64,000 nt of DNA from Desulfobacterales bacterium (GCA_028704555.1 JAQWFD010000019.1:880-64879), one strand, 5' to 3'; positions 1-10,437 are shown, counted from the first letter of the stretch. Numbers and translations are program-made. Notes: generated from the letters alone by a model not told the origin.

Positions 1-173
1 GACATCCTGTTGACACTTCCGGAAAAACCATACTATTATTTCCAATAGAAGACAATATCATCTCCCTTTCCGGCAGCATCCGCTCCAGACACGGCACGCC
101 CCGATATCACACGAGTTTGCTTGTTTTATATTTAAAAAATGACGGAGTTCAGCCATATCAGAAAGGAAATTCC

Positions 174-395
174 ATGAACACGTTAACAAAAATAAAATTG
201 ACCGGTGGCATTGTTTTCACGCTTCTGACGATCATCATCGTCCTTCAGAACACGGCAGCAATTGAAACCCGGCTTCTTTTTTTCACCGTGACCATGCCCC
301 GCGCCGTTCTGCTCCTGCTGACATTTGCATCAGGGGTAATCGTCGGGCTGCTCATCGCCTTTGGTCTGACACGGAAACAGGCATCCGGAAAGTGA
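174..395 (+). CDS. small inner-membrane protein, LapA-domain (DUF1049)-like
   Basis: ATG at 174 follows a GAAAGGAAA RBS-like stretch. Two hydrophobic helices around a VLQN motif, typical of LapA-domain proteins. The TTG start at 117 in the ORF track is less likely. Confidence 0.5.
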   Translation: MNTLTKIKLTGGIVFTLLTIIIVLQNTAAIETRLLFFTVTMPRAVLLLLTFASGVIVGLLIAFGLTRKQASGK

Positions 396-528
396 TCCCG
401 GAGGAGATTTCCCGTCTTTTAACATAGAAGCGTCAAACCCAATGGCAAGGCGAATCCGTGATGTCATTCATACCGACAAACTGACACAGCCGCAGTGAAT
501 GCTACCGGTGCAGAAGGGTTTTTTTTAG

Positions 529-1578
529 ATGAAGAAAAAAATAGCATCTGCCGCGGCCTTTATTACAGCGATCATTACAGTCTGCCTGTTGCTGTTTTAC
601 CATATCCGGGAAAAGGGGCCGGAGGTTATCCGGTCCACCGGCACGGTCGAAGGAACCGAGGTCAATATCGCTTCGATGATTTCAGGCAGGATTGCCGCCC
701 ATTACGTTGATGAAGGCGACCGGGTTCAAAAATCGGACATTCTCATCGAGCTGGAAAGCGACGAACTTGAAGCCTCGCTTGAATCAGCCCTGGCGGGCGT
801 TGAAAAATCAAGGGCTGATATCCGGGTGTTTTCTTCAGCCATTGACACCGCCCGGGCCGCCATCCGCAGCGCGGAGGCGGAGATTCTCACTGCACGGGCA
901 CAAATGGACAGGGCACAGGCTCAGATGGCAGAAACAGAGCGGGACATGCAGCGGTACGGGATCCTCTACCGGAAACAGATTGTCCCGAAGGCATCGTATG
1001 AGAGCACCGTCACCCGTTATGATACGGCAACAGCGGATTATTATGCGTCAAAAGCCGGCCGGGCGGCAGCCGATTCCGGACTCCACGCCGCCAGAACCCA
1101 GCTCAGGGCCGCTGAAAGCCAGCTGGATTCGGCCCGGGCATCCCTGAAACAATCCGAGGCCAATGTATTGTTTTGGCGGGCCCGGCTGGCTCAGACGATC
1201 CTGTCGAGCCCGGTTTCCGGAACGATCGTATTCAAGGGGTTTGAACCGGGCGAAACCGTCAGCCCCGGCCAGACCATTTTAACCCTCATCGATTTCAACG
1301 GCCTCTATATCCGGGTGGACATCGAAGAAACGCTGATTGCCGCCATTTCGCTAAATTCTCAGCCGCGAATCCGCACCCCTGGAAAACCCGGCCACATGCT
1401 TGAAGGCCGGGTCACTCGCATCGGACGCTACGGAGAATTTGCCACTCAGCGGGATGTCACCCGGGGCCGTCAGGATATCAAAGCTTTCAACGTCCATATC
1501 CGCGCAGATGACCCGGCCGGCCTTCTGAAGCCCGGAATGACCGTCGAGGTGGCGTTTACCGGGAGCAGAAGCAGATGA
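529..1578 (+). CDS. HlyD-family membrane fusion (periplasmic adaptor) protein of an ABC-2 exporter
   Basis: N-terminal TM anchor, long Ala/Arg/Gln-rich coiled-coil hairpin and C-terminal beta-barrel region. The stop overlaps the start of the downstream ABC ATPase gene. Confidence 0.85.
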   Translation: MKKKIASAAAFITAIITVCLLLFYHIREKGPEVIRSTGTVEGTEVNIASMISGRIAAHYVDEGDRVQKSDILIELESDELEASLESALAGVEKSRADIRVFSSAIDTARAAIRSAEAEILTARAQMDRAQAQMAETERDMQRYGILYRKQIVPKASYESTVTRYDTATADYYASKAGRAAADSGLHAARTQLRAAESQLDSARASLKQSEANVLFWRARLAQTILSSPVSGTIVFKGFEPGETVSPGQTILTLIDFNGLYIRVDIEETLIAAISLNSQPRIRTPGKPGHMLEGRVTRIGRYGEFATQRDVTRGRQDIKAFNVHIRADDPAGLLKPGMTVEVAFTGSRSR

Positions 1579-2585
1579 CGGTTTCCGCCAACGCAATTGA
1601 AGTATCGGACATGACCCGGCGGTTCGGACCCGTTGCCGCTGTTGACCATGTGAGTTTCAATGTCGGCGAAGGGGAGATATTCGGATTTCTCGGCCCCAAC
1701 GGAGCCGGGAAAACCACCCTGATCCGGATGCTGACCACCCTGATCCGTCCGAGCTCGGGCACGGCCCGCATCAGCGGCTTTGATGTGGTAAGCCGCCCCG
1801 ATGCGGTCCGGCGCAGCATCGGCGTCGTGCCCCAGGCCATGACCAGCGACCTGGATCTAACCGGTCATGAAAACATGGACATTTACGGCCGGTTTTACAG
1901 CATTGCCGCAAAGACAAGAAAAAAACGGATCTGCTACCTTCTGGACAAGGTTGGCCTCAGCGACCGGGCCGGGAATCTGGTGGGCACCTATTCCGGGGGA
2001 ATGCGAAGGCGGCTTGAGATCGCGCGTGGCCTGCTCCACCAGCCGAAAATTCTGTTCCTCGACGAGCCGTCCATCGGCCTGGATCCGCAGTCCAGACGGG
2101 TGGTATGGGAGTTTATCCGGAACCTCAGCCGTGAAGAGACGATCACCATTTTCCTGTCCACCCATTACATGGAAGAAGCCGAGGCCTTATGCAGCCGGAT
2201 TGCCATCATCGACAGCGGAAAAATCATCGCCATGGGCACACCGGATGAACTCAAGTCCGTCGTCCCCGGAAACGATATCATCACCCTTGCCGTTGAAAAT
2301 CTCACGGACACGGTAGCCGAAAACATCCGGCAGCTGCCGTTTGTCCATAAAATCGGGATTGACGACGGAAAGGTCATCATATACGTGGACAGCGGGGCCC
2401 GGAATCTTCCGCTTCTTATCGATGAGATCCGGTCCATGGGCAGAAAAGTGATATCCATTTCACTTCAGGAGCAATCCCTTGAAGATGTCTTCATCCATTT
2501 TACCGGCAAATCGATCCGGAAGGAAGAATCCCGGAAGGTCAATTTTCTGATCGGAGCCGGAATCCCCCGGAAACCGGGCAGATGA
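1575..2585 (+). CDS. ABC transporter ATP-binding protein (ABC-2/DrrA type)
   Basis: Walker A GPNGAGKTT, ABC signature SGGMRRR, Walker B ILFLDEPS. Confidence 0.9.
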   Translation: MTVSANAIEVSDMTRRFGPVAAVDHVSFNVGEGEIFGFLGPNGAGKTTLIRMLTTLIRPSSGTARISGFDVVSRPDAVRRSIGVVPQAMTSDLDLTGHENMDIYGRFYSIAAKTRKKRICYLLDKVGLSDRAGNLVGTYSGGMRRRLEIARGLLHQPKILFLDEPSIGLDPQSRRVVWEFIRNLSREETITIFLSTHYMEEAEALCSRIAIIDSGKIIAMGTPDELKSVVPGNDIITLAVENLTDTVAENIRQLPFVHKIGIDDGKVIIYVDSGARNLPLLIDEIRSMGRKVISISLQEQSLEDVFIHFTGKSIRKEESRKVNFLIGAGIPRKPGR

Positions 2586-2603
2586 ACACCCAAAGGATTT
2601 ATC

Positions 2604-3719
2604 ATGATCCGACTGATGGCCGTGATAGACAGGGATTTTAAAAAATTCAGAAGAAATCCGGTTGTGCTCGCCATGAGTATCTTCATGCCCATATTGTATC
2701 TGATCATTCTGGGAAATTCTTTTCAGGGAAAACTCCGGCATCTTCCTGTAGTGGTTGTCAACCAGGACACGGGAACCTTTTCAAAACGCATCATAGAAAA
2801 CCTCCGCGCCGTTGAAGCCGGTCCCCGGACCTTGAGCATCGAATCCGCCGCCGACCCCGGAAGCGCTATCGAAGGCGTCAAAACCGGCCGGTACAAGGCC
2901 GCGCTGATCATCCCGCCGGATTTCAGCAAACGGGTTATCGCCAGAGGCAAACCCGAAATCGGCCTTTTCCTGGACAACACCGACGGAATTTCATCCGAGA
3001 CAATACGATCCGTGGCAGCCGGAGCGATACGATACGTCCGGTCCGAATATGAGCCCGTCCGGCAAAAGCCGGACGAGATCATGATGCGCGATATCAGCCT
3101 TTACCGGCAGGTCGATTATAACCAGTCCCTCGTACCGGGCGTGGTCATCATGGCCATCTTTCTGGGTGCGCTGACCACGGGGGCATTCAATCTGGTCATG
3201 GACCGGTTTCTGGGTGTCGATGAAAGCTATCTGCTCACGCCGCTGACCCAGCTGGATATCGTTGCCGGACTGATCATCAGCGGCCTGACCATCACCACGT
3301 TTATCGCCGGAATCATTTTTATCGTCTGCATCGCGATTACCGGCATTCCGTTTTCACAGACATTCATGCATGCGCCATCGCTTTTTCTGATCATTATCCT
3401 GACCACGCTCAGCCTGCAGAGCCTCATGTTCCTCATTCTGGGCCGGATACGTCACCCGCGGATCGTCGGGATACTGAGCGGATTTATGAACGTCATCCTG
3501 TTTTTCCCCAGCGGTGCAGTGTATCCCATATCCAGTTTCCCCGGCTGGCTCAGGATGCTTACAAAAATCAATCCCGAAGCCTACGCAGTCGATGCCTTGA
3601 AATCGGTGATCTTCAAAGGAGCCGAGGTGCAGACCATCCTGGCCGACATCGGGTTTCTCTCGGTCTTTACCGTAATCATGATGACCGCAGCAATTATCAC
3701 CTTCAAACGGACCCTGTAA
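2604..3719 (+). CDS. ABC-2 type transporter permease
   Basis: One N-terminal TM, a large extracytoplasmic loop, then about 5 C-terminal TMs. Lies directly after the ABC-2 ATPase. Confidence 0.85.
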   Translation: MIRLMAVIDRDFKKFRRNPVVLAMSIFMPILYLIILGNSFQGKLRHLPVVVVNQDTGTFSKRIIENLRAVEAGPRTLSIESAADPGSAIEGVKTGRYKAALIIPPDFSKRVIARGKPEIGLFLDNTDGISSETIRSVAAGAIRYVRSEYEPVRQKPDEIMMRDISLYRQVDYNQSLVPGVVIMAIFLGALTTGAFNLVMDRFLGVDESYLLTPLTQLDIVAGLIISGLTITTFIAGIIFIVCIAITGIPFSQTFMHAPSLFLIIILTTLSLQSLMFLILGRIRHPRIVGILSGFMNVILFFPSGAVYPISSFPGWLRMLTKINPEAYAVDALKSVIFKGAEVQTILADIGFLSVFTVIMMTAAIITFKRTL

Positions 3720-3970
3720 ATGGCCTGTCACGCGTCGGTCAGGCTCCCGGCGAAAGGTGGATGATCAGCTGCCAAAGCCATTTTAAACCCGGTTCCTAAT
3801 GGTTTTTTCATATTGAAATAGACACTTTTACTAATAGGCAGGCCGGTTGCAGCATCATAATATATTAAATGAATCTATCCTCTTTTATGACATCCGGGCG
3901 GGTCGCCATGACGTTTCTGTCATCTGAACAGAAAAATTTCTCATCACCCCCCCAAAAAAAAGGAGTTCAT

Positions 3971-4297
3971 ATGAACCGAAAAGGAACAATTCTGTTTATT
4001 GCACTGCTGCTGAGTGCAGCAACTGCCAGCGCGCAACAGCCAAACGTATTTGAATCACAGGGATGCGGCGTCTGCCATAAGCCTTCCGGTGGCGTCGCAA
4101 ATCCTTCCCTGATCGATATTTCAAAAAATTACACAGACAGAGAAGGCCAGTTGATAAAGTATTTCAAAGGAGAGGCCGAACCGGTCATCAATCCGCAGAG
4201 AGCCGGGATCATGAAACCACATCTTGAAAAAACAAAGGCACTTTCTGATGCAGACCTGAAAAACCTGGCTGATTTTATCATGAACCACAAACAATGA
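3971..4297 (+). CDS. monoheme c-type cytochrome (class I-like), secreted
   Basis: AGGAG RBS before the ATG at 3971. Signal peptide ending ASAQQ and a single CGVCH haem-binding motif. The upstream extension to 3869 is unlikely. Confidence 0.65.
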   Translation: MNRKGTILFIALLLSAATASAQQPNVFESQGCGVCHKPSGGVANPSLIDISKNYTDREGQLIKYFKGEAEPVINPQRAGIMKPHLEKTKALSDADLKNLADFIMNHKQ

Positions 4298-4406
4298 CCG
4301 ATTATACACTGACAATATCCTTCACGGAAAATTTTAAGACTCAGGCGGCATCGATGCCGTTAAAGGACATTGCTCAAGTGATTGTCGAAAAAAATGGGGG
4401 GGGTAA

Positions 4407-5897
4407 ATGTTGATCATCATGGAAACCGGCGAAAGCTGGAATAGTAGAACTATTTCACCGGGAAAGCGATATGTAAAATTTCTGTCTATCATATGTCTGG
4501 TAATCCAGACATGGGTATGGATGCTTGTCCTGCCGGCTTCATCACAGGCCTTCACAACCGCCGATGCCCGGTCAGGCATCCCCCAAACCTTTTCTCCTCT
4601 GGTCAAAACGGCCAGTCCGTCGGTAGTAAACATCAGCATCGTAAAAACCATAAAGGGCACCCGAATGCCTTCCCTTCCATTTGCGCCGGATGATCCCATG
4701 AGAGACTTTTTTGAACAGTTTTTCGGCGAGCAGATACCCGAGGATTTTAAACAGCAAAGCCTCGGAACCGGTTTTATAATCGATCAGGAAGGCTTCATTT
4801 TAACCAATAATCACGTGGTTGAAAAGGCCGATGAAATCAAGGTGATACTGGCCGACAGCAGAGAATTTATCGCCCGGGTTATCGGTCGGGACCCGAAGAC
4901 AGATCTGGCGCTCATCCGCATTGAAGATGATAAACCCTTGCCCGCCCTGCCGCTGGGAGATTCGGACAAACTCGAAGTCGGGGACTGGGTCGTTGCCATC
5001 GGAAATCCATTCGGCCTGGGCAATACGGTGACATCCGGCATTGTCAGCGCCAAGTACCGGCATCTGGGGGTTCAATCCTACGACAATTTTATCCAGACAG
5101 ATGCATCCATCAATCCAGGGAACAGTGGCGGGCCGCTTCTGAATATATCCGGAGAAGTGATCGGGATCAATTCCGTCATCTTCTCCCAGAGCGGTGGTAA
5201 CATCGGTATCGGTTTTGCCATTCCCATCAATATGGCCAAAGCGCTCATTCCCCAACTCAAAAAAGGTAAGGTGATCCGGGGCTGGCTGGGTGTTATCATT
5301 CAACAGATAACTCCTGCCCTGAAAGACAAACTCGGTCTCAAGAATGAACTCGGTGCACTGGTATCTGATGTACCCGCAGGCGGACCGGCTGACAAAAGCG
5401 GTATCCAGCGGGGGGATGTCATTTCATCCTTTAACGGAAAATCCGTCACAAGCTCCCGGGACCTGCCCGCTATCGTAGCAGCCACGCCTGTCGGAAAAAC
5501 AGTGGAAGTTGAAATCATCCGAAAAGGCCAACTGAAAACCATCCAGGTCACCATCGAAGAAATGAATGAGCAGGGAGAAGAAGGACCTGCCCCAGCCGTT
5601 AGAGAAAAATCGGCCGGGCTTGGCATGAGGGTAGAAGCACTCACACCGGAGATCTCAAGTGATTTTGGCCTCACGCAAACAACCGGAATAATTGTCGTTG
5701 AAGTGCAACCGGATTCTCCGACTGAAAATGCCGGCATCATGGCCGGCGATATCGTCCTTGAAGTCGATCAGGTCCCGGTAAAAAATATCGATGATTTCTA
5801 CCAGAAGATCAAACCGCATACCGCCGGGGATACCATCCTTTTTCTGATTGAGCGTCAAGGCATCACTCAATACGTAGCTCTTGGTATTCCAAAATAA
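4407..5897 (+). CDS. htrA: DegP/DegQ/HtrA-family periplasmic serine endoprotease with two PDZ domains
   Basis: Catalytic triad contexts TNNHVV, DLALIR and GNSGGPL. Two PDZ-like repeats (GALV..GGPA and GIIV..SPTENAG). N-terminal hydrophobic signal. Confidence 0.9.
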   Translation: MLIIMETGESWNSRTISPGKRYVKFLSIICLVIQTWVWMLVLPASSQAFTTADARSGIPQTFSPLVKTASPSVVNISIVKTIKGTRMPSLPFAPDDPMRDFFEQFFGEQIPEDFKQQSLGTGFIIDQEGFILTNNHVVEKADEIKVILADSREFIARVIGRDPKTDLALIRIEDDKPLPALPLGDSDKLEVGDWVVAIGNPFGLGNTVTSGIVSAKYRHLGVQSYDNFIQTDASINPGNSGGPLLNISGEVIGINSVIFSQSGGNIGIGFAIPINMAKALIPQLKKGKVIRGWLGVIIQQITPALKDKLGLKNELGALVSDVPAGGPADKSGIQRGDVISSFNGKSVTSSRDLPAIVAATPVGKTVEVEIIRKGQLKTIQVTIEEMNEQGEEGPAPAVREKSAGLGMRVEALTPEISSDFGLTQTTGIIVVEVQPDSPTENAGIMAGDIVLEVDQVPVKNIDDFYQKIKPHTAGDTILFLIERQGITQYVALGIPK

Positions 5898-5967
5898 TCC
5901 GAAAAGTTCCACTCAACTGCAGACGTTATAAGGCCTCGGCAATGATGAAAAAAGGATTGGAAAGCCG

Positions 5968-6447
5968 ATGTTAAACCGCCATCATTGGGTTACGACGATT
6001 CTCGGGCTGCTATTTGCCGTCATATCGTGTTCCGGAAAAAATCCCGCCGATATCAGGATGATTAACGGCCGATTAAGCCCCTGCCCGGATACGCCCAACT
6101 GCGTATGCAGCGAAGATGAAGGCAGATCATCTTTTATTGAACCGATAGCCTTCAACGATGCAGCAGAAATCTCATGGGAAAGGGCAAAAGCCGTCATACA
6201 GCAGATGGGCGGAAGCCTGAAAACCTCAGAAGACGGTTATCTTCGGGCGACCTTCACGACGAAGGTTTTCCGGTTTGTGGATGATCTGGAACTGCGGATG
6301 GATGATAAAAAAAAAGTTTTTCATGTGAGGTCGGCATCCAGAGTCGGACATTCGGATCTGGGTGTTAACAGAAGGCGGATAGAGAGGCTTCGGGCCGCAT
6401 TCAACCTGGAGCAGAAATCAACAAACAGAAAGGAAAAAGAACCATGA
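5968..6447 (+). CDS. DUF1499 domain lipoprotein-like protein
   Basis: Matches the DUF1499 pattern: CPDTPNCV, FVDDLEL and VRSASRVGHSDLGVNRRRIERL. Confidence 0.8.
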   Translation: MLNRHHWVTTILGLLFAVISCSGKNPADIRMINGRLSPCPDTPNCVCSEDEGRSSFIEPIAFNDAAEISWERAKAVIQQMGGSLKTSEDGYLRATFTTKVFRFVDDLELRMDDKKKVFHVRSASRVGHSDLGVNRRRIERLRAAFNLEQKSTNRKEKEP

Positions 6448-6821
6448 TCACAAAAAAAACCATTTTACTGACCGTATGCATGGTACTGGTCTCATCGGTG
6501 CTCTTTGCCAAACAGTACAAAATGAAACCCGACAGCAAGGCCATGATGGAACACAGGCAGCAAATGATGGCCGAAATGCAGGCCATGGACAAGGCCCTTG
6601 ACGAGAAGGTGGCCCGGATGAACGCGGCAACCGGCGAAGACCGCCTGCCTGCCGCCATCGATGTCATCAATGAGTTTGTCTCTCAGCACAAAGTCATGCG
6701 GGAGAAGATGATGCGCATCAATGAACAGGAAATGATGCGCATGCAGGAGCATATGGGCGAAGGAATGCCCGAAAAATCCATGATGCAGAAGGAAGCGGAA
6801 CCCGTCGTCCCTCAGGAGTGA
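6444..6821 (+). CDS. secreted methionine-rich helical protein, function unknown
   Basis: ATGA start/stop overlap with the DUF1499 gene. Has a signal peptide. About 20 of 125 residues are Met, in MM and MxxxM clusters. Confidence 0.6.
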   Translation: MITKKTILLTVCMVLVSSVLFAKQYKMKPDSKAMMEHRQQMMAEMQAMDKALDEKVARMNAATGEDRLPAAIDVINEFVSQHKVMREKMMRINEQEMMRMQEHMGEGMPEKSMMQKEAEPVVPQE

Positions 6822-7255
6822 TGGCCCGGCAGCTTGAATTTCATAGTAACCTCACCGGTGGCCCGGTCGATATGGATCATTTTTTTCTGATCGCCCGCCG
6901 GTATCACCTTCTGTCCGGTCGCCATTTCAAACAATCCGGCAATAAACTGCATGCCGGTGTTGAACACCTCTTCCACCTTTTCTGCGGATTGCACCGGCGG
7001 TCGGGATTCGGACTGAGTCGGTTTGTCCGGTTCGCCCGCCTCCTCGGCGCGCGCATCGACCGCAGGCAGCGGGTCATCGCCTGTTTCCGATTCTTCTGAG
7101 TCATAGGCCAGGGGCGGGTCCGGTTGATCACGTTCACACAGCCGCTCTTCTGGCCGATCCGGCTCACCCGGCCGGTCCGCTGGTTCAGCCGGATTGGTTA
7201 ATCGGGAAACCGATAACCGGTAATCTGTCCTTTTTTTCTGCCTGCTGACCTGCAT
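6812..7255 (-). CDS. hypothetical acidic/proline-rich protein
   Basis: 147-aa ORF co-directional with hsdR. N-terminal half is low-complexity D/E/P-rich. No recognisable family, and the start is uncertain (see findings). Confidence 0.35.
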   Translation of the reverse strand: MQVSRQKKRTDYRLSVSRLTNPAEPADRPGEPDRPEERLCERDQPDPPLAYDSEESETGDDPLPAVDARAEEAGEPDKPTQSESRPPVQSAEKVEEVFNTGMQFIAGLFEMATGQKVIPAGDQKKMIHIDRATGEVTMKFKLPGHHS

Positions 7256-7353
7256 CGCGCCATAACGTTGTCAGGTTAAACGGGTTTGATGTCTTCTTCA
7301 TTTTCGCCTCGCGCCCCTCTTCCGCCGAAGCACAGGACGTGCGCAGGCGGTCT

Positions 7354-10300
7354 TCATTCTTGTTTCTCCAAAATGCTTTTGTAGATTTCTTTTGCAAGAA
7401 TCGGGAATATCGTCTTCTGGAAATTATTATCGTCCATATACCTTGTTACGATTCCATCATTTTCTGACATTCTTTGCATCATCAGCGATTCAATAATGGC
7501 TCTTATGCCCAGTTCGAATTTATCAAGCGGATTGGCTTTAGCTGTTTGAATGATTCGTTCATCTTTCAAAGCCTTTTCCTTGATCTGTTCAAAGAATAAT
7601 CTATCTTCGTCGGAAAAGTCTGTTCCAAAACGGTCATTCAATGCCTGAATGATTTCCGAAAGAGGTTTGTCTTCATCTTTTGCTTTTCCTGTTCCTACTG
7701 CGGTTGGAGATTTAACGCCATACGGATCACCGTCTTCCATAACAATAGCGTCAGACATTACTTTTTCGATACGGTAATATTGGAGAACAACTTCTTTTTC
7801 AGGATGCGGGTTCACTCCGTCTTCACCTGAGTCAAGACGAGGAACCAGGTAGCGGCCATAGCTGTAAAGCATTTCAAGTTCTTGGTCGGAATATGGGATG
7901 ATTTGACTGATGAAGGAATAGAAACTGGTATAGGCGGTTATCTTTTCATAGAAGGCTTCCTTTTTCTCTGCATCAAGCGCTTTGAAACGATCAACAGCGG
8001 GAGCAACCATTTTTTCCATACGTGCATGGTCAGAAGGATTTTGTTTGTATTGCGGGAGGTAGAAAACATGACAAAACCCAACCACCTCTGACCATAAGTA
8101 GACCTGGAATGAATTCAATTCATGTTTAAGCAACTCAAGGTGATTTGGATCGGATGACTCTTGCAGTGTCGTCACATTGTAATAAGGCTTGAAAGCCTTG
8201 CGGATGTCTTCGGATTCATTCACGAAATCGAGAACAAAAGGCGGTTCCTTACCGGCGATTGTCCTGTTTAACCGTGATAATGTCTGAACCGCCTGTACGC
8301 CATCCAGCCTTTTATCTACATACATGGCACACAAAAGCGGTTGGTCAAAGCCGGTCTGGTATTTATTGGCGACTAAAAGCACCTGGTAATCAGACGAATC
8401 AAATTTATCCGGAAGCTGGGATTCAGAGATGGTTTTTCCGGTAACCGCATCAATATTCATTGATGGTTCCGTATATTCTTTTACCGTGTCCGGGTCTTTA
8501 ACGGTTCCACTGAAGGCGACCAGCGGATGAATATCGGCGTAATGGTTTTCTTCGATATATCGTTGAAATGCCAGCATGTACCGTACGGCATGCAATCGTG
8601 AACCGGTAACGACCATGGCTTTGGCCCGTCCACGGAGTTTGTGTTTAACATGGTCACGAAAGTGCTCAACCATGATTTCGGTTTTCTGTTCGATGTTATG
8701 GGGATGCAGGGCCATAAACTTGGCAAGTTTTTTCCTGGCCTTTTTTTTCGGCATGGCCGGATCGTCCTCAACGCTTTTTACCAGTTTAAAGTAAGTCTTG
8801 TAGGTGGTATAGTGTTGAAGCACATCAAGAATAAAACCTTCTTCAATGGCCTGCTTCATGGAATAGGTGTGAAAGGCTTCCGGTTTTCCGCTGGCTCCCT
8901 TGCGGCCAAAGAGTTCCAGTGTCTTGCCTTTGGGTGTGGCGGTAAAAGCAAAGAAGCTCAGATTTTTCTGTCTGCCCCGCGATTCCATGACTTTATTGAG
9001 GCCGTCTTCCCAGTCCAGCTCGCTTTCTTCTGTCCCCTGTTCGGTGCCTGCACCTAAAATGCGTTTGAGCTCGCGCGCAGTTTCACCCGTCTGGCTGGAA
9101 TGGGCTTCATCGACAATCACCGCATATTTCCGGGCAGCTATGGCGTCCTGCCACTCTTTGGCCTTGGCAATCGAGGCTTGGTCCGGGTTGTCTATATTAT
9201 CAGCACCGGCAATATGTAAAAGCCCGCGAAGAATAAAGGGAAACTTTTGCAGCGTGGTAATGACGATCTTGGTGCCATCGACCAAGGCTTCGGCAAGCTG
9301 GCGGGAGTTTTCATCAATCGCCTTGACGACCCCCTGGGCATGTTCTATCTGGTAAATGGCGTCCTGTAATTGTTGGTCGAGTACGCGGCGATCAGTGATG
9401 ACCACCACGCAATCAAAAATCTTTGCATCGGTTACGGTATGGAGGCTGGAAAGCCGGTGGGAAAGCCAGGAAATGCTGTTGGTTTTACCGCTTCCGGCTG
9501 AATGCTGAATCAAGTAGTTATTGCCTGCCTGTTCTGTACGGGCATTTCGTACCAGGCTCCGGACGGCATCAAGCTGATGATACCGGGGAAAAACCATGGT
9601 TTCTCTGGTGACTTTCCTGCGACCGCCCGCCACATCATAAACGGTTTCTTCACTGGTTTCCAAAAAGATATAATTTCCGACGATATCCAGAAAGCTGGTC
9701 CGTTCAAGAACATCTTCCCAAAAATAACCGGTTCGGTGACCCGACGGGTGCTGAGGATTGCCTTTCCCGCATTCAATTTCACCAGGGGCACTGCCACGGT
9801 TAAAGGGCAGGAAGAAGGTTTTTTCTTTGTTGAGGCGGGTTGCCATATACACTTCATCCGGATCAACTGCAAAGTGAACCACCGCTCCCTTGATAAACTG
9901 AAAGAGCGGTGCGCGCGGATCACGGTCGCTCTTGTATTGGGATACTGCCTGTTTCCAGGTTTGCCCGGTAGCCGGATTTTTTAGCTCCATGGTGGCAAGC
10001 GGTATCCCATTGAGCGAAAGAACCATGTCAACGGTGCTGGAATCGGAGGGATGACAAGCAATTTGACGGGTGGCATGGAGTTGATTTTTTAAAAACAACT
10101 CAAGGGTTTCTTTGACCAGACTGTGGGCCGGTTGAAAATATGCCAGCTTGAAGATTTTCCCATAGAACTTGAAGCCGTGGCGAATGATGTACAGGGTTCC
10201 CTTGAAATTTCGCTCTTTAACCAGGGTTTCAATCAATTTTCCGATGAGTTCTTGGCCATGGAGTTTTTCCATCTGCGCCCAAAGGTCTGCCTGGGTGTCT

Positions 10301-10437
10301 TTTATGAAGGAAATGACTTGATCGGGAAAGAGGGCTTTGTTTTTATCCCATGATTGATTGGAACCGGAAATCCACCCCCTTGCGGACATGGTTTCCTGGA
10401 TATAGGCTTCAAAGGCTTTTTCGGTGGTTGCTTTCAT
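7354..10437 (-). CDS. hsdR: type I restriction enzyme, R (endonuclease/translocase) subunit
   Basis: 1027 aa. SF2 helicase motif I HSAGSGKT and motif II VDEAHSSQ. N-terminal nuclease-like region. Lies in an operon with hsdM/hsdS. Confidence 0.95.
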   Translation of the reverse strand: MKATTEKAFEAYIQETMSARGWISGSNQSWDKNKALFPDQVISFIKDTQADLWAQMEKLHGQELIGKLIETLVKERNFKGTLYIIRHGFKFYGKIFKLAYFQPAHSLVKETLELFLKNQLHATRQIACHPSDSSTVDMVLSLNGIPLATMELKNPATGQTWKQAVSQYKSDRDPRAPLFQFIKGAVVHFAVDPDEVYMATRLNKEKTFFLPFNRGSAPGEIECGKGNPQHPSGHRTGYFWEDVLERTSFLDIVGNYIFLETSEETVYDVAGGRRKVTRETMVFPRYHQLDAVRSLVRNARTEQAGNNYLIQHSAGSGKTNSISWLSHRLSSLHTVTDAKIFDCVVVITDRRVLDQQLQDAIYQIEHAQGVVKAIDENSRQLAEALVDGTKIVITTLQKFPFILRGLLHIAGADNIDNPDQASIAKAKEWQDAIAARKYAVIVDEAHSSQTGETARELKRILGAGTEQGTEESELDWEDGLNKVMESRGRQKNLSFFAFTATPKGKTLELFGRKGASGKPEAFHTYSMKQAIEEGFILDVLQHYTTYKTYFKLVKSVEDDPAMPKKKARKKLAKFMALHPHNIEQKTEIMVEHFRDHVKHKLRGRAKAMVVTGSRLHAVRYMLAFQRYIEENHYADIHPLVAFSGTVKDPDTVKEYTEPSMNIDAVTGKTISESQLPDKFDSSDYQVLLVANKYQTGFDQPLLCAMYVDKRLDGVQAVQTLSRLNRTIAGKEPPFVLDFVNESEDIRKAFKPYYNVTTLQESSDPNHLELLKHELNSFQVYLWSEVVGFCHVFYLPQYKQNPSDHARMEKMVAPAVDRFKALDAEKKEAFYEKITAYTSFYSFISQIIPYSDQELEMLYSYGRYLVPRLDSGEDGVNPHPEKEVVLQYYRIEKVMSDAIVMEDGDPYGVKSPTAVGTGKAKDEDKPLSEIIQALNDRFGTDFSDEDRLFFEQIKEKALKDERIIQTAKANPLDKFELGIRAIIESLMMQRMSENDGIVTRYMDDNNFQKTIFPILAKEIYKSILEKQE

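Noticed and set aside
117-173. N-terminal extensions of several ORF-track models (117, 3869, 15004, 20694, 21665, 26651).
   Set aside because: Internal ATGs with good Shine-Dalgarno sequences, followed directly by signal peptides or conserved N-termini, give better gene models. The extensions overlap upstream genes or lack an RBS.
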